In this document: piece after piece, positions 1-11,409 of the stretch | Layout: each line of letters opens with the position of its first letter | How positions within the stretch are numbered: the first letter of the stretch is position 1 | NCBI GenBank assembly: GCA_002269645.1 | Contig: NIVC01001607.1 | Location: forward strand, 1-64,000 | Direction: 5' to 3' | DNA: 64,000 nt | Source of the DNA: Macrostomum lignano | Lineage: Eukaryota | Notes under the pieces: generated by a model | The model's input: the letters and a program-made list of their open reading frames with translations, nothing else | What the model was told of the DNA's origin: nothing | The model's database searches: none | Translations under genes and position numbers: made by a program

Positions 1-3000
1 AAGCGGCCGGCGCCACAAACACCTCCAGTGGAGTGTCAATAAAATGCGTCTTTCAAACAGCCGATCGCCGCCTCGGACCAGAGCTCGGCGCTGTCCATAA
101 CCTGAGCCAGACGGACTGGCACGACGAGAGGCGGCAGCGAGGCGAAGTCGATGCCGTCATTAGCAGCAGCAGCAGCAGCAGCGGTCGACATGTCGAACGG
201 GACAAACCGTTAGTGCAGTCTAGGGCCAAGGTGTCGCCGCGATCCGGCAGGTAAACAATGGCGCCTTCCAGACAGACGCGCGCGCAACAGGCGCCGGTTT
301 TTAGAAGACTGCAACAGCAGGGGGTGCCGGCCTGCGGCAGTTGAGTCAAACGGCTCGACTGCGGCAGCTTGACACGGGATAGCCGGTCTGGAATTATTTA
401 AAGTAATAAACAAATTATAGCGAGACCGATTGACTACTGATAGTAGGAAGGGAAGATTATTTACCATAGTGTAAATAAAAAATTAAGTAATGAGCGCTTT
501 TAATATTTAATAAATCGACCTAATGGGCCCCATTTTATGGGGGCTGTCGCATCCATGTCTCCAGTGCCACAACTACACTATCACCTGCTACTGTAACTGC
601 AACTACTTCTCTTATTTCTACTCGTACTAGTAGTTAATAAGTACTGCTACCACTACTACTACTACTACTACCACTAATACTACTTACTAAATAAAGCACA
701 CCGAAAGACCTCACAAACCTTCCAGCTGTTGCACTTTAGACTGCCCAGCGGGCCCAATTTCGGTCACGTGTAACAGCCGCCTATTAGTTGTTATCCGCGC
801 ACAGCTGACCATCAAAAGCGCCCGCAGGCTGGCTAAGAGCTTTGATTGGCCAGTTATTCGCAGCAACTCTGCAGTAGTCAGCGAATTTGAAGCTTTCAAC
901 GCCATAGAAGCTCGACTCGGTGCCTGATTCGTGCTCGAGTCGGTTGCTGTTTCGGTGCCTGGGTCGGCGCTCGAGTCGGTGTCTGATCGGTGCCTGAGTC
1001 GGTGCCCGATTCGGTGCCCGATTCGGTGTCTGACTCGGTGCTCGAGTCGGTGCCTGATTCGGTGCCTGAGTCGGTTGCTGATTCGGTGCCTGAGTCGGTG
1101 CCTGAGTCTGTGAGTGAGTCGGTGCCTGAGTCGGTTGCTGATTCGGTGCCTGAGTCTGTGAGTGAGTCGGTGCCTGAGTCTGTGAGTGAGTCGGTGCCTG
1201 AGTCGGCGGTCGCGCCTGAGTCGGCGCCTTTGATGCCTGAATCGACGGCGTGGGCTGCAGAGATTTGCCAGTGACAGATGGGGATTCCTGATCGGCCTCG
1301 AGCACGTCCACAGGGATAAGCATGAATCCGTCGCAGGCGCGACTTTTGCCGCAGCGACGAATAGTTAATAAGCCATTGTGCAGTTCGGCAAGCCGGAGCA
1401 GCTGGGCTGTGGCATCGGCCAAGCCAGGATCGTCATCCTTCAGGCCACGGAATGACACCTGTCATGGGGGGGGGGGAGGGCGAACCGGTGGAGATTAAGA
1501 GATTTACGAGCTATTACACACATCCTCAAAACCCATTATCAATCCCAGATCCTCCAATGATGCCTTAATCAATCCCAGATCCCAAAATCCCTAATCAATC
1601 CCAGATCCCAAAATCCCCTAATCAATCCCAGATCCCAAAATCCCTAATCAATCCCAGATCCCAAAATCCCCTAATCAATCCCAGATCCTCAAATTCTTCA
1701 ACCAATCACAGATCCTCTAATCCCCTAGTCAATCCAAATCCTCAAATCCCCTAATCAATCCCAGATCCCAAAATCCTCTAATCAATCCTAGATCTCCAAA
1801 TCCCAGATCCTCAAATACCCTAATCAACCACAAATCTTTAAATCTCCTTCCAATTTCATATTCTCAAAAAATCCCAACCCTTAAAAAACGTTATATTAAT
1901 TTCATTCCCACAAGCAGCCTCAGTTACCATAGCACTATAAATTCTCACTTGCAAGGCCCGGCACGGTGGCACGGCCAGACTAGCTGGCAGCGACCTCAAT
2001 TCCGCTGCCTCTACCCGCCTTTCGACGCCAATGTCGACTAGAAATGCCCGAAACAGATTGACGCTGAGCGACTCAATGAGTTGAACTCGGCAAGCCAAAC
2101 CATCGATGCATGCTATCAGGCCGCCGCTAGTACCAACGTTGTCCCTGGCAACCGATGCAGATATTTTCGATGCCGGATTAGACGCCCACGAGTCCAGTTC
2201 GGTCTGAAAATCCGGCTCGCCCGGGTTACTAGGCGGAGTGCGCTAACCCAGAATTTGGCTGCACTGCGAAACTGCTTAGCGTCCAAATAAATACTTAGCA
2301 TGGCCGTTTGGTCCAGCCTCAGCCAGTCTAACCGCCTGCGCCTGAAATTTTTAGCATTGCGGTTACAGGCAGTGACGTAAGGCCTCCACCCCTTATGGCC
2401 TACACCCGCTGCTATGATCTTCGCTCCCTCCTCACACCCGCTGCTTCTATGACCTTCGCTCCCTTCTCACACCTGCTCCTTCTATGACCTTCGCTCCTCT
2501 ATGACCTTCGCTCCCTCCTCACACCCGCTGCTTCTTTGACCTTCGCTCCCTCCTCACACCCGCTGCTTCTTTGACCTTCGCTCCCTCCTCACACCCGCAG
2601 CTTCTTTGACCTTCGCTCCCTTCTCACACCCGCTCCTTCTATGACCTTCGCTCACTTCTCACACCCGCTGCTTCTATGACCTTCGCTGACTTCTCACACC
2701 CACTCCTTCTATGACCTTCGCTCACTTCTCACACCCGCTCCTTCTATAACCTTCGCTCACTTCTCACACCCGCTCCTTCTATGATCTTCGCTCACTTCTC
2801 ACACCCGCTCCTTCTATGACCTTCGCTGACTTCTCACACCCGCTCCTTCTATGACCTTCGCTGACTTCTCACACCCGCTCCTTCTATGACCTTCGCTCAC
2901 TTCTCACACCCGCTCCTTCTATGATCTTCGCTCCCTCCTCACACCCGCTGCTTCTTTGACCTTCGCTCCCTTCTCACACCCGCTCCTTCTATGACCTTCG

Positions 3001-3796
3001 CTCACTTCTCACACCCGCTGCTTCTATGACCTTCGCTCACTTCTCACACCGCTGCTTCTATGACCTTCGCTCACTTCTCACACCCGCTCCTTCTATGACC
3101 TTCGCTGACTTCTCACACCCGCTCCTTCTATGACCTTCGCTCCCTTCTCACACCCGCTCCTTCTATGACCTTCGCTGACTTCTCACACCCGCTCCTTCTA
3201 TGACCTTCGCTCCCTTCTCACACCCGCTCCTATACTCCCGCTGCCAGCTTACACAGCAGCGGGCGGCGAACTGCAGGGAACATTGTTATGCAACGGTTGT
3301 GGCGGCGGTGGCACAGCGGCGGCGGCACCAGCGGTAGGTGCCGGCAGAGACGACAACAGTGGCAAAATTGGCAAACTGTCGTTGGAAGCAATCGACGATC
3401 TAGCTGGTTGGCTAAGACTATCATTCGAACTACGGTTTGCCGTGTTATTATTGCGCTGATTATAACTATTTCGATTAGTCTTGTGCCGTACAGTTAGTTT
3501 AACATTGGGCTCGACAGCATAGCCATTGAACTGATTGACAGCCTGCTCTGCTCCAGACCAATCGCGCATGTTCACAAAGCCTTGCAGAGTGCCATTGTCG
3601 AAGTGCTGTTTAATGAAAACTGATTCCACAGGTCCGCAGGTCTCAAACATGCTCCATATTCTCCCCTATAGAGGTTGCATTTTTAATGGTTAGAGCAATA
3701 TTGAAGCATAACAGTTAAAGTGAAGAAGTTCTAGTTAGTAATTACCTCTGCATAGTAGCTGGGCATCCCCGCTAAGTAGAGTGAGTAAAAACTCAT
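1..3796 (-). CDS. RRM + two extended Tudor domain protein (TDRD-like), 5+ exons, 3' end beyond window start; carries about 5 single-base indels
   Basis: Exons read on the minus strand with phase-consistent GT-AG junctions: 3796-3746 (MSFYSLYLAGMPSYYAE, RNP2-like LYLAGMP), 3665-3253 (GRIWSMFETCGPVESV...QGFVNM, RNP1-like), 2341-1928 (SAAKFWV...FLVDIGVERRVEAAELRSLPASL, Tudor), 1458-719 (QAPT-repeat linker, then LHVTEIGP), 387-<1 (PQAGTPCC...VYLPDRGDT...DFASLPPLVVPVRLAQV...WSEAAI, second Tudor). The frame needs 1-bp corrections near 2236, 986, 931, 205 and 42. Confidence 0.75.
940..1215 (-). repeat. Coding 12-bp-based repeat (QAPT/QAPN) in exon 4 of the RRM-Tudor gene
   Basis: Units such as GACTCAGGCACC/AATCAGGCACCG translate as QAPT/QAPN. 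Confidence 0.85.
1530..1850. repeat. Degenerate ~28-bp minisatellite in intron 3 of the RRM-Tudor gene
   Basis: Repeated CCCTAATCAATCCCAGATCCCAAAAT units. Confidence 0.85.
2415..3230. repeat. 35-bp minisatellite in intron 2 of the RRM-Tudor gene
   Basis: Unit CTTCGCTCCCTTCTCACACCCGCTCCTTCTATGAC; period 35 (3121 to 3156). Confidence 0.95.
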
Positions 3797-3914
3797 TCTT
3801 AGCTGAAAATTCATTAACGATACTTTCCATTAATATGCTTTTTAGCTTTAAGACAATTTCTGCTAAAAGCTTACCTTGTTAGTTTTTTTCTAGGGAATAC
3901 CAAAGTCATAAAAA

Positions 3915-4320
3915 CTCAAAATAGGGAATTTCAAAATCATGAAGACTCAGAATAGGGAATTTCAAAGTCATGAAGACTCAGAATAGGGAATTTTGAAATC
4001 ATGAAGACTCAGAATATGGAATTTCAAAATCATGAAGACTCAGAATAGGGAATTTCGAAATCATCAAGACTCACTCAGAAAAGGGAATTTCAAAGTCATG
4101 AAGACTTAGAATAAGGAATTTTGAAATCATCAAGACTCAGAATAGGGAATTTCAAAATCATGAAGACTCAGAATAGGGAATTTTGAAATCATGAAGACTG
4201 AGAATAGAGAATAGGCCTTCCAAAGTTGTAATACTCAGAATAGGGAATACTAAGGTTGTAAAGAATCAGAAAAGGGAATACCAAAGTTGTGAAAACTTAG
4301 AATAAGGAATAACAAATTTG
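3915..4320. repeat. 31-bp minisatellite
   Basis: Unit GAAGACTCAGAATAGGGAATTTCAAAATCAT; period 31 (3941 to 3972). Confidence 0.9.
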
Positions 4321-4870
4321 TATAAACTTAGGTAGGGAGATTAAATCCATGGAGGCAGAGATTTGGCACTAGGAATTAGGCATTAGCTGAGAGGCATTAA
4401 GATAAAGAAACTAGGCCCCTATGAATGTGTCAATAGATTAAGAGTCTATTACTAAACATCTTTGGTCCTAGGAAATGCTATAACTTTCTAGACTTAATTA
4501 AATATAGAATTTTGCCACTTACATATTGATTTAAACAAGAAAGATTTTAAGAAAAGGAATAGATCTAGAGACTAAATAATTAATAGAACCAAAAGAGCTA
4601 GAACAATATAGTATTATCACTTATTATTAGGGATAGACAAACTATATACATTTGTAATACAAATAAAAAATTAAAAATATACTTTATTCAGCTTTAAAAA
4701 GTAGATACTCAAAATTTATAATAAAAACCAATAAATTATAAATATTTGCTAAAGCTTTTTGCCAAAATGACTTTCCACTAAAATATATTTTGCCAAAATG
4801 ACTTTTCATTAAAATGGCTTAAACCTATGTATTGTGCCCTTTTTATTCTTTTATATGCAATGGCTTTCTT

Positions 4871-5041
4871 CATACGTGCGCAACCTTGGGATTTACTTGG
4901 CTGTTTCTACTGGCAACACACACATGTAAGTCACTATTGGCTGAGAGCAGTCACATGACTACTATTCTGTCCAATAGCGACTTACATGTGTATATTGCCA
5001 ATAGAAATGGCCGAGTGATTCCAAGGTTGTGCCCAAGCATG
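4871..5041. mobile_element. Palindromic MITE-like element, copy 1
   Basis: Left arm CAACCTTGGGATTTACTTGGCTGTTTCTACTGGCAACACACACATGTAAGTCACTATTGG is an imperfect inverted repeat of the right arm CCAATAGCGACTTACATGTGTATATTGCCAATAGAAATGGCCGAGTGATTCCAAGGTTG. A second copy lies at 17451-17611. Confidence 0.65.
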
Positions 5042-5138
5042 GCTTATTTACTTTAATGCCTACATTCTAGAAAATATTATTCTTTCGAGAACTTTTTAAT
5101 ATGCATTTAGCTTGGTAAACATCAAATGTTCTATGTCT

Positions 5139-5367
5139 ATAAGAATAAAAAACCAACTATCAACATTTTTAAGTTGATGCATTTTCCACTCCGTGGTGTA
5201 TCTTCAGGTTTATTTTATTAGAACAAACAAAAAGCTGAGGCTAACAATAATAAATATTTGTGTGAGGCAAAAAAAGATTTTTTTAAATGCATTGCATCAG
5301 AGAAGGCCTACAAAATTTGTCAACTTACAAATATAACAAATGTTGATAGTTGGCTTTTTATTCTTAT
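5139..5367. repeat. Short element bounded by 30-bp inverted repeats
   Basis: ATAAGAATAAAAAACCAACTATCAACATTT (5139-5168) matches the reverse complement of AAATGTTGATAGTTGGCTTTTTATTCTTAT (5338-5367) with one mismatch. Confidence 0.6.
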
Positions 5368-6699
5368 TATTTACAAAGCGAGCAACTTTATCTGATTTCT
5401 ATGTCTATGCATTAAGTTCTGATATGTTTCTTATACAAAATCTTTAAAATATTGATCCACAAAATAATATTCTACTCTACCTACTTAAGGTTTTATCATA
5501 TATCCATGCCTTGATTTGAGCAATAGCTCCTATAGGCCTAAACCTATCTCTAGGGCCTACTCTACCCAGCTTATTAGCTTTTATCAATATGTTTCTTTGT
5601 AGGCCTATTTATTGAAATATTGATACAATGTTTCAAGGCTATTCTCAAGAATAACTAAATATATAGGATCATAGCCCTAATTCTAAAAATTATGCAAAAT
5701 GCAGATACCTGTTAAGCATCAAGCAAACATATCCCAAGGGGTCAGTCTCTAATAATACATAGGCCAGTCAACCTTACAAAAAAACCTGCCATGTATGCTA
5801 CAGGGTCATTTTGAAAATGCGCTGGATAGCTATTCAATATTTAGCTAGTAACTTTTTCCAATATGGAATAAGGGAGGCTATTGCTTCGCTTGTGTTCCTT
5901 CTTAACTGGGTTCTTATATTGTGTTCCTCTCTAGACTAGGCCTAGGCCTAGGGGGTGCAGGTGCAAGTTGTTTCGTCTGCTGATAGTTCGTCTGATGAGC
6001 AGACGAAAAGTTTTCTCTTTTTAAAACTGTTCGTCTGCCGGGAAATGGGGGTGGGGCCGGGCGATGTGGAGTGGGGTGGGGAGCTGCCCAACCCACAACC
6101 TCTTTATTAACTTTGTTAAATTTCTGTAGGGACGGATTGGTCTTTTCAAAATGAATCTTCAAAATATGTCATCCGTGCATAGAACGAAATGCAAGTTCAT
6201 CGTTCATCAAATGCAAGGATTTGCATTTTCAATCGTTACACACAATTAGCCAACCATTGGAGTAATTTTTCAATTTTGGCCTACAGCTGATACGATTGAA
6301 AGTCATAAATACCTGGGCTAAATAACTGACTGGCTTGTATTGTGATAAAAATCTATTTAAAACAGCTCACCTCAAAAGTCACATATCGTTATCTTTTTCT
6401 GTAATCTTTTTCAGTTCCAACTTTTAGCCTATTGCTAGGGTTTGTATAGCGATAACTACGTACGTAGCACGTAAATAACTCACTATAATGACTTAGCTTG
6501 TAAATTAGATTCAATATATTCAGCAACATTGAAAATTCGTTATCACAGAAGATTCCGAGAGTGCAGGTAAAGTCTCTCAATCTTTGCGAGTGACGCAACT
6601 TAGCTATGCCGCGGCGGACTTGAGTTGAAGAATGATCGAAGTGGGGGGAGCTGTGTGCGAGCTAGGGTTCGACGGATTAAACTATCCCACGCTCTCACA

Positions 6700-6863
6700 C
6701 TCTCTCACTCGCTCAAAAACTCTCAAAATCTCATTCATTCACTCTCTCATTTATTCACACTCTCACTTATTCTCTCCCTCTCTCACTCACTCACTCACAC
6801 TAACTCACTCACTCACTCACTCACTCACTCACTCACTCACTCACTCACTCACTCACTCACTCA

Positions 6864-6934
<71 letters not shown>

Positions 6935-7722
6935 ATGAGTGAGAAGATGAGCTAGAGAGAGAAGAGAGGAGAGAAGAAAGGGGAGAGAGGAGTGGAGGGA
7001 AGATTAGAGGAGAGAGGTGAGGAGATGAAAGGAGAGAGAGGAGATGAGAAGAGGGGAGAGGAGAGATGAGAGGAGAGTGAGCTGAGAGTGGAGATCGGAG
7101 AGAGGCTGACAGTGGAGAGAGACTGAGAGTGAGCTGAGAGTGGAGATTGATGGAGAGGCTGAGAGTGGCCGAGAGAGGCTGAGAGTGAGCTGAGAGTGGA
7201 GATTGGAGAGAGGCTGAGAGTGGAGATTGGAGAGAGGCTGAGAGTGGAGATTGGAGAGAGGCTGAGAGTGGAGATTGGAGAGAGGCTGAGAGTGGAGAGA
7301 GGCTGAGAGTGGAGAGAGGCTGAGAGTGGAGAGAGGCTGAGAGTGGAGATTGGAGAGAGGCTGAGATTGGAGAGAGGCTGAGAGTGGAGAGAGGCTGAGA
7401 GTGGAGATTGGAGAGAGGCTGAGAGTGGAGAGAGGCTGAGAGTGGAGAGAGGCTGAGAGTGGAGATTGGAGAGAGGCTGAGAGTGAGCTGAGAGTAGAGA
7501 TTGGAGAGAAAGTGAATTGAGTGGCTGGGTGAAAGTGAATTAAGTGGGTGAGTGGCTGGGTGAAAGTGAATTAAGTGTGTGAGTGGCTGGGTGAAAGTGA
7601 ATTGAGTGGGTGAGTGGCTGGGTGAGATCAGTGAATTAAGTGGGTGAGTGGCTGGGTGAAAGTGAATTAAGTGGGTGAGTGGCTGGGTGAAAGTGAATTA
7701 AGTGGGTGAGTGGCTGGGTGAA
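6700..7722. repeat. Compound simple-repeat block: (CACT)n, (CA)n, (CT)n, GA-rich GAGAGGCTGAGAGTG units and a 31-bp unit
   Basis: Directly visible. The 31-bp unit GTGAATTAAGTGGGTGAGTGGCTGGGTGAAA occupies 7510-7722. Confidence 0.95.
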
Positions 7723-7724
7723 AG

Positions 7725-9165
7725 AAAAACTTCCAGCTCGAAATCTATTCGCATTTCTGGCCAGCTGCTCAGCAGTTTGAGGATTTACTCCTAAAAATCA
7801 TCGCGCAGAGAGTCGGCAATCAAAGCACCTTCAGCTATTTCTGCTGCTGGCTCGAATCGGCATCGCTTCGCCTCGTTTTTTACTTCCCAATGCATCTCTC
7901 TTAATTCCAGCTGCTTTGTCAGCATGACAGATCTGTGTGGCCGGCTCACATGGAAAACACCATCAGCAGTCTGCCTCACTGAGCCATTGCACTTCAAGTC
8001 TTCATTGCGGACGATGCACTTCCAATAATTGCAGCCAGCTTTGCCTCCGTTCCGCCCTAGAAGATATCCAAACGAGGATACAAGGAGATCACCACCGCGT
8101 TTACTAATACCGCGTTTCAGCTCAAAATGTTCTTGCTGCGACTCAAGCTGCACTTCAACGAGTGGCGTCGGATCCTGTAGTCCATCGTAATTTCGATCCG
8201 CGGCAGCACCGGCGTGGACAGCTGCAGGTGGATCGGCGGCAGCACCGGCGTGGAAAGCTGCAGGTTGGATCGGCGGCAGCACCGGCGTGGACAGCTGCAG
8301 GTTGGATCGGCGGCAGCACCGGCGTGGACAGCTGCAGGTGGATCGGCGGCAGCACCGGCGTGGACAGCTGCAGGTGGATCGGCGGCAGCACCGGCGTGGA
8401 CAGCTGCAGGTGGATCGGCGGCAGCACCGGCGTGGACAGCTGCAGGTGGATCGGCGGCAGCACCGGCGTGGACAGCTGCAGGTGGATCGGCGGCAGCACC
8501 GGCGTGGACAGCTGCAGGTGGATCGGCGGCAGCACCGGCGTGGACAGCTGCAGGTGGATCGGCGGCAGCACCGGCGTGGACAGCTGCAGGTTGGATCGGC
8601 GGCAGCACCGGCGTGGAAAGCTGCAGGTTGGATCGGCGGCAGCACCGGCGTGGACAGCTGCAGGTGGATCGGCGGCAGCACCGGCGTGGACAGCTGCAGG
8701 TTGGATCGGCGGCAGCACCGGCGTGGACAGCTGCAGGTTGGATCGGCGGCAGCACCGGCGTGGACAGCTGCAAGTGGATCGGCGGCAGCACCGGCGTGGA
8801 CAGCTGCAGGTGGATCGGCGGCAGCACCGGCGTGCATGGGCTGCTGGTAGATTGGCGGCGGCTGTCGGCACCTACCAAGTTTGGTATCATGTATTTCATT
8901 TCGACAATTTTTTCACTGACATACACATACACTGCATATATATGCCTTTTCTTAAAAAGGGATTGAAAAACGATAATGTGATCAATTACTTTGCATACCT
9001 TTTCCCATTACAGCGGGAGCAAATCCAGATATATGAAGCGTCGTCTTCTAGAATCTGACGATACTCCTTTTGGCTTATGCCTGAACCACATATTTGGTGC
9101 TGCCATTGACTGCAATCATCACATTGCAAAGCTTGCTGTCGAGTGCTCACACACTTTCTACAAAT
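7725..9165 (-). pseudogene. Truncated PHD finger + FLYWCH zinc finger transposase-like gene
   Basis: Exon ~9165-8999 encodes C4HC3 CRKC-x9-CDDC-x4-H-x2-C...CSRC. The phase-2 intron 8998-8872 joins it in frame to ORF 8870-7791, which contains GISKRGGDLLVSSFGY...YWKC...C...H (FLYWCH-like). After a 1-bp shift near 7795 it continues as EQLARNANRFRAG and then runs into simple repeats at 7720. Confidence 0.7.
8195..8835. repeat. 36/37-bp GC-rich minisatellite inside the PHD-FLYWCH ORF
   Basis: Unit GATCGGCGGCAGCACCGGCGTGGACAGCTGCAGGT(T)G; translates as PPAAVHAGAAAD on the minus strand. Confidence 0.95.
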
Positions 9166-10939
9166 GACAACAGATGCAGGTCTTGCATCAGAGAAATTTT
9201 GAATGAGAATAACTATTCACCGTTTTTTTTCTTTATCAAATTTTTAACAGCTTCCGTTCCATGCCACTGTTTTTAGTTAAGCTTTCTCATTTTAGGTGTA
9301 TATTGTAAAATAGTTTGTTAAAATGATGAAAGACCCATATACATGCAGCGCTTTATTATAACAAATGTTAATTCGGACAGAGAAGTTGTCCATACAGAGG
9401 CAGCTCCCCAGTCCCCCAGCTCCCCTAGTCCCCACCCCACTCCTCATCCCCACCCCATTTCCCAGCAGACGAACAGTTTTAGAAGGAAAGGGCGTTTCGT
9501 CTACTCAGCAGACGAACTGTCGGCAGACGAATGAACTGCAGGAAACCGGCCTCGGTAGGCATACTAAATCAGTAAATGTATACTAAACTATATATAGTAT
9601 ACTAAACAACGTCAACTGCCTCACGGACACGGTATCGTCCAACTCTTTAGTTGGCGTCGGCGATAGTGACAGCTCGTGGTCTCGTGACGGGCGGGCATGG
9701 CCGTGCACTTTTAAGGGCCACATTTTTAAATACTTTTTCACTGCAACAGACGTTTTATTATCTCTTTTTAGGGTGTTTGCAGTCAAAAATTTTTAGCACG
9801 TTACAGAAATTTTTGTAGATTAAATCACATATTTTTGGATTAAAAGCAAAACATGTGTTAAAAATAGACTGGAAACAGTGTAAATTTAAATATCCGATTA
9901 CAATGTTCAAGCTAGCTATAATCTATATATCCGATCGATCGAATTGCGTTCAAGTTACAAGTTACAAAGTTGTTTGTTACCACCCTACCGTGATCGACTA
10001 GAAGGGATAATATCATAATATGTACCCTACCGCTCTTCTCTAAGACATCTAGTGCATCATTCAATGCGCTTTACAAAAACGGCAATTTAAATTATCTTTC
10101 ATTTTGTCTTTGGCTTAGGGTTTGTAGCTTCAACCTTCAATAGGCCTAATAAATAACATTTTTGCAATTTTATAATATAGGACCTTTTTGGACGCCACGC
10201 CAATAGCATTTTGCATACAAAAACTTTGTTTATGTGTCACAAGTAAAATTCCTAAAAATTTTCAAATAAATCATAATAACTTCCAGTTTTTTCATTACAC
10301 AAGATTCTTTCTTATAAAAAGTCTACACAATTATAAATTATACTTGTTTATTAACTATATGTGCCCAAGTATGCCCACACTCCAAGATCATGTAGTATAT
10401 GTATATGCCCAAAAATTTGGGCATACATTTACCATGCACACCAAAATTTGGTATGCACAATTGGTATACATCACTTCTAAGAAAATATACCTAGCGTGCA
10501 CTTTATAGCATCATGCAGAAGAGTTATTGTAAAGTAAAAAAAGGTTAAGAAGTTCATTTTCAAATGTAAATGTCCCACTTTTCAGGTTTTTAAGCTTGTA
10601 ATAAGGCATTTAAACAAATTTTTGCATGTATCAATTTTCCACAATAAATATTTTTATTTTTAGTTTAAAACTAGCAATCTAGTGTGGCCCCCCTTCGGGG
10701 CGCCCAATAAGAAAGGAGCAAAAATAGTTCATGGAAAACAATAAAAAAACATTTTCTTAAACACCAATTCCTTTTTCACATTTTAAAAATCACCTTATTC
10801 GTGTAAAATTGTCATGGACTAAGATGTTTGCAAAATTAAAAAATCACTTTTTCTCTAAAATTAACAAACAGTCAACAAAATATCGTTTCCCTAAATAGAA
10901 AATATTCCCAAAACAGCAAGCAACCCCCTCCAAAAGTGA

Positions 10940-11290
10940 ACAATCGCAGATAGCAAGCATCCTCTAATGCTCATAGCAAGAATCACCACAGATAGCAAGC
11001 ATCTGCAGATTAGCAAGCACCCCCAGATATTATAAAAGCATCCACCCAGATAGCAAGCATTCTGCAAATAGCAAGCACCCCCCAGATATTATAGAAGCAT
11101 CCTGCACATAGCAAGCACCCCCCAGATATTATAGAAGCATCCACCCAGATAGCAAGCATCCTGCAGATAGCAAGAATCCCTAAATAGCAAGCATCCCTGG
11201 ATAGAAAGAATCCCATGCATGTAGCCAGTACCCCCTCTCCCAAATAGCAAGTATCCCCCCTCGAGAGCAAGCATCCACAAGACAGCAAGT
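10940..11290. repeat. Degenerate tandem repeat with ATAGCAAGCA core
   Basis: Multiple ATAGCAAGCATCC/ATAGCAAGCACCC units. Confidence 0.8.
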
Positions 11291-11409
11291 AGCTAATGCA
11301 AATAATATTTCCGCTAATGCAATAATCGCTTTCTCAGGTTGTGCAACAATCCACGTCTCAGCAAGCACAATAATCTCTTTTTTAGACAGCGCAGTAATCA
11401 GCTTCTCAG

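Larger units (their letters stand above)
5955..9545 (-). mobile_element. Mutator-like (MULE) DNA transposon derivative with PHD-FLYWCH ORF and imperfect long terminal inverted repeats
   Basis: 5955-6090 and 9400-9545 are inverted copies rich in TTCGTCTGC/GCAGACGAA motifs. They enclose a spliced PHD + FLYWCH coding region. No DDE core was seen and no target-site duplication was identified. Confidence 0.55.

Noticed and set aside
3915-4320. GAAGACTCA in the 31-bp repeat as a spliced-leader RNA gene
   Set aside because: No following splice donor, Sm site or stem-loop architecture; it is simply part of the repeat unit.
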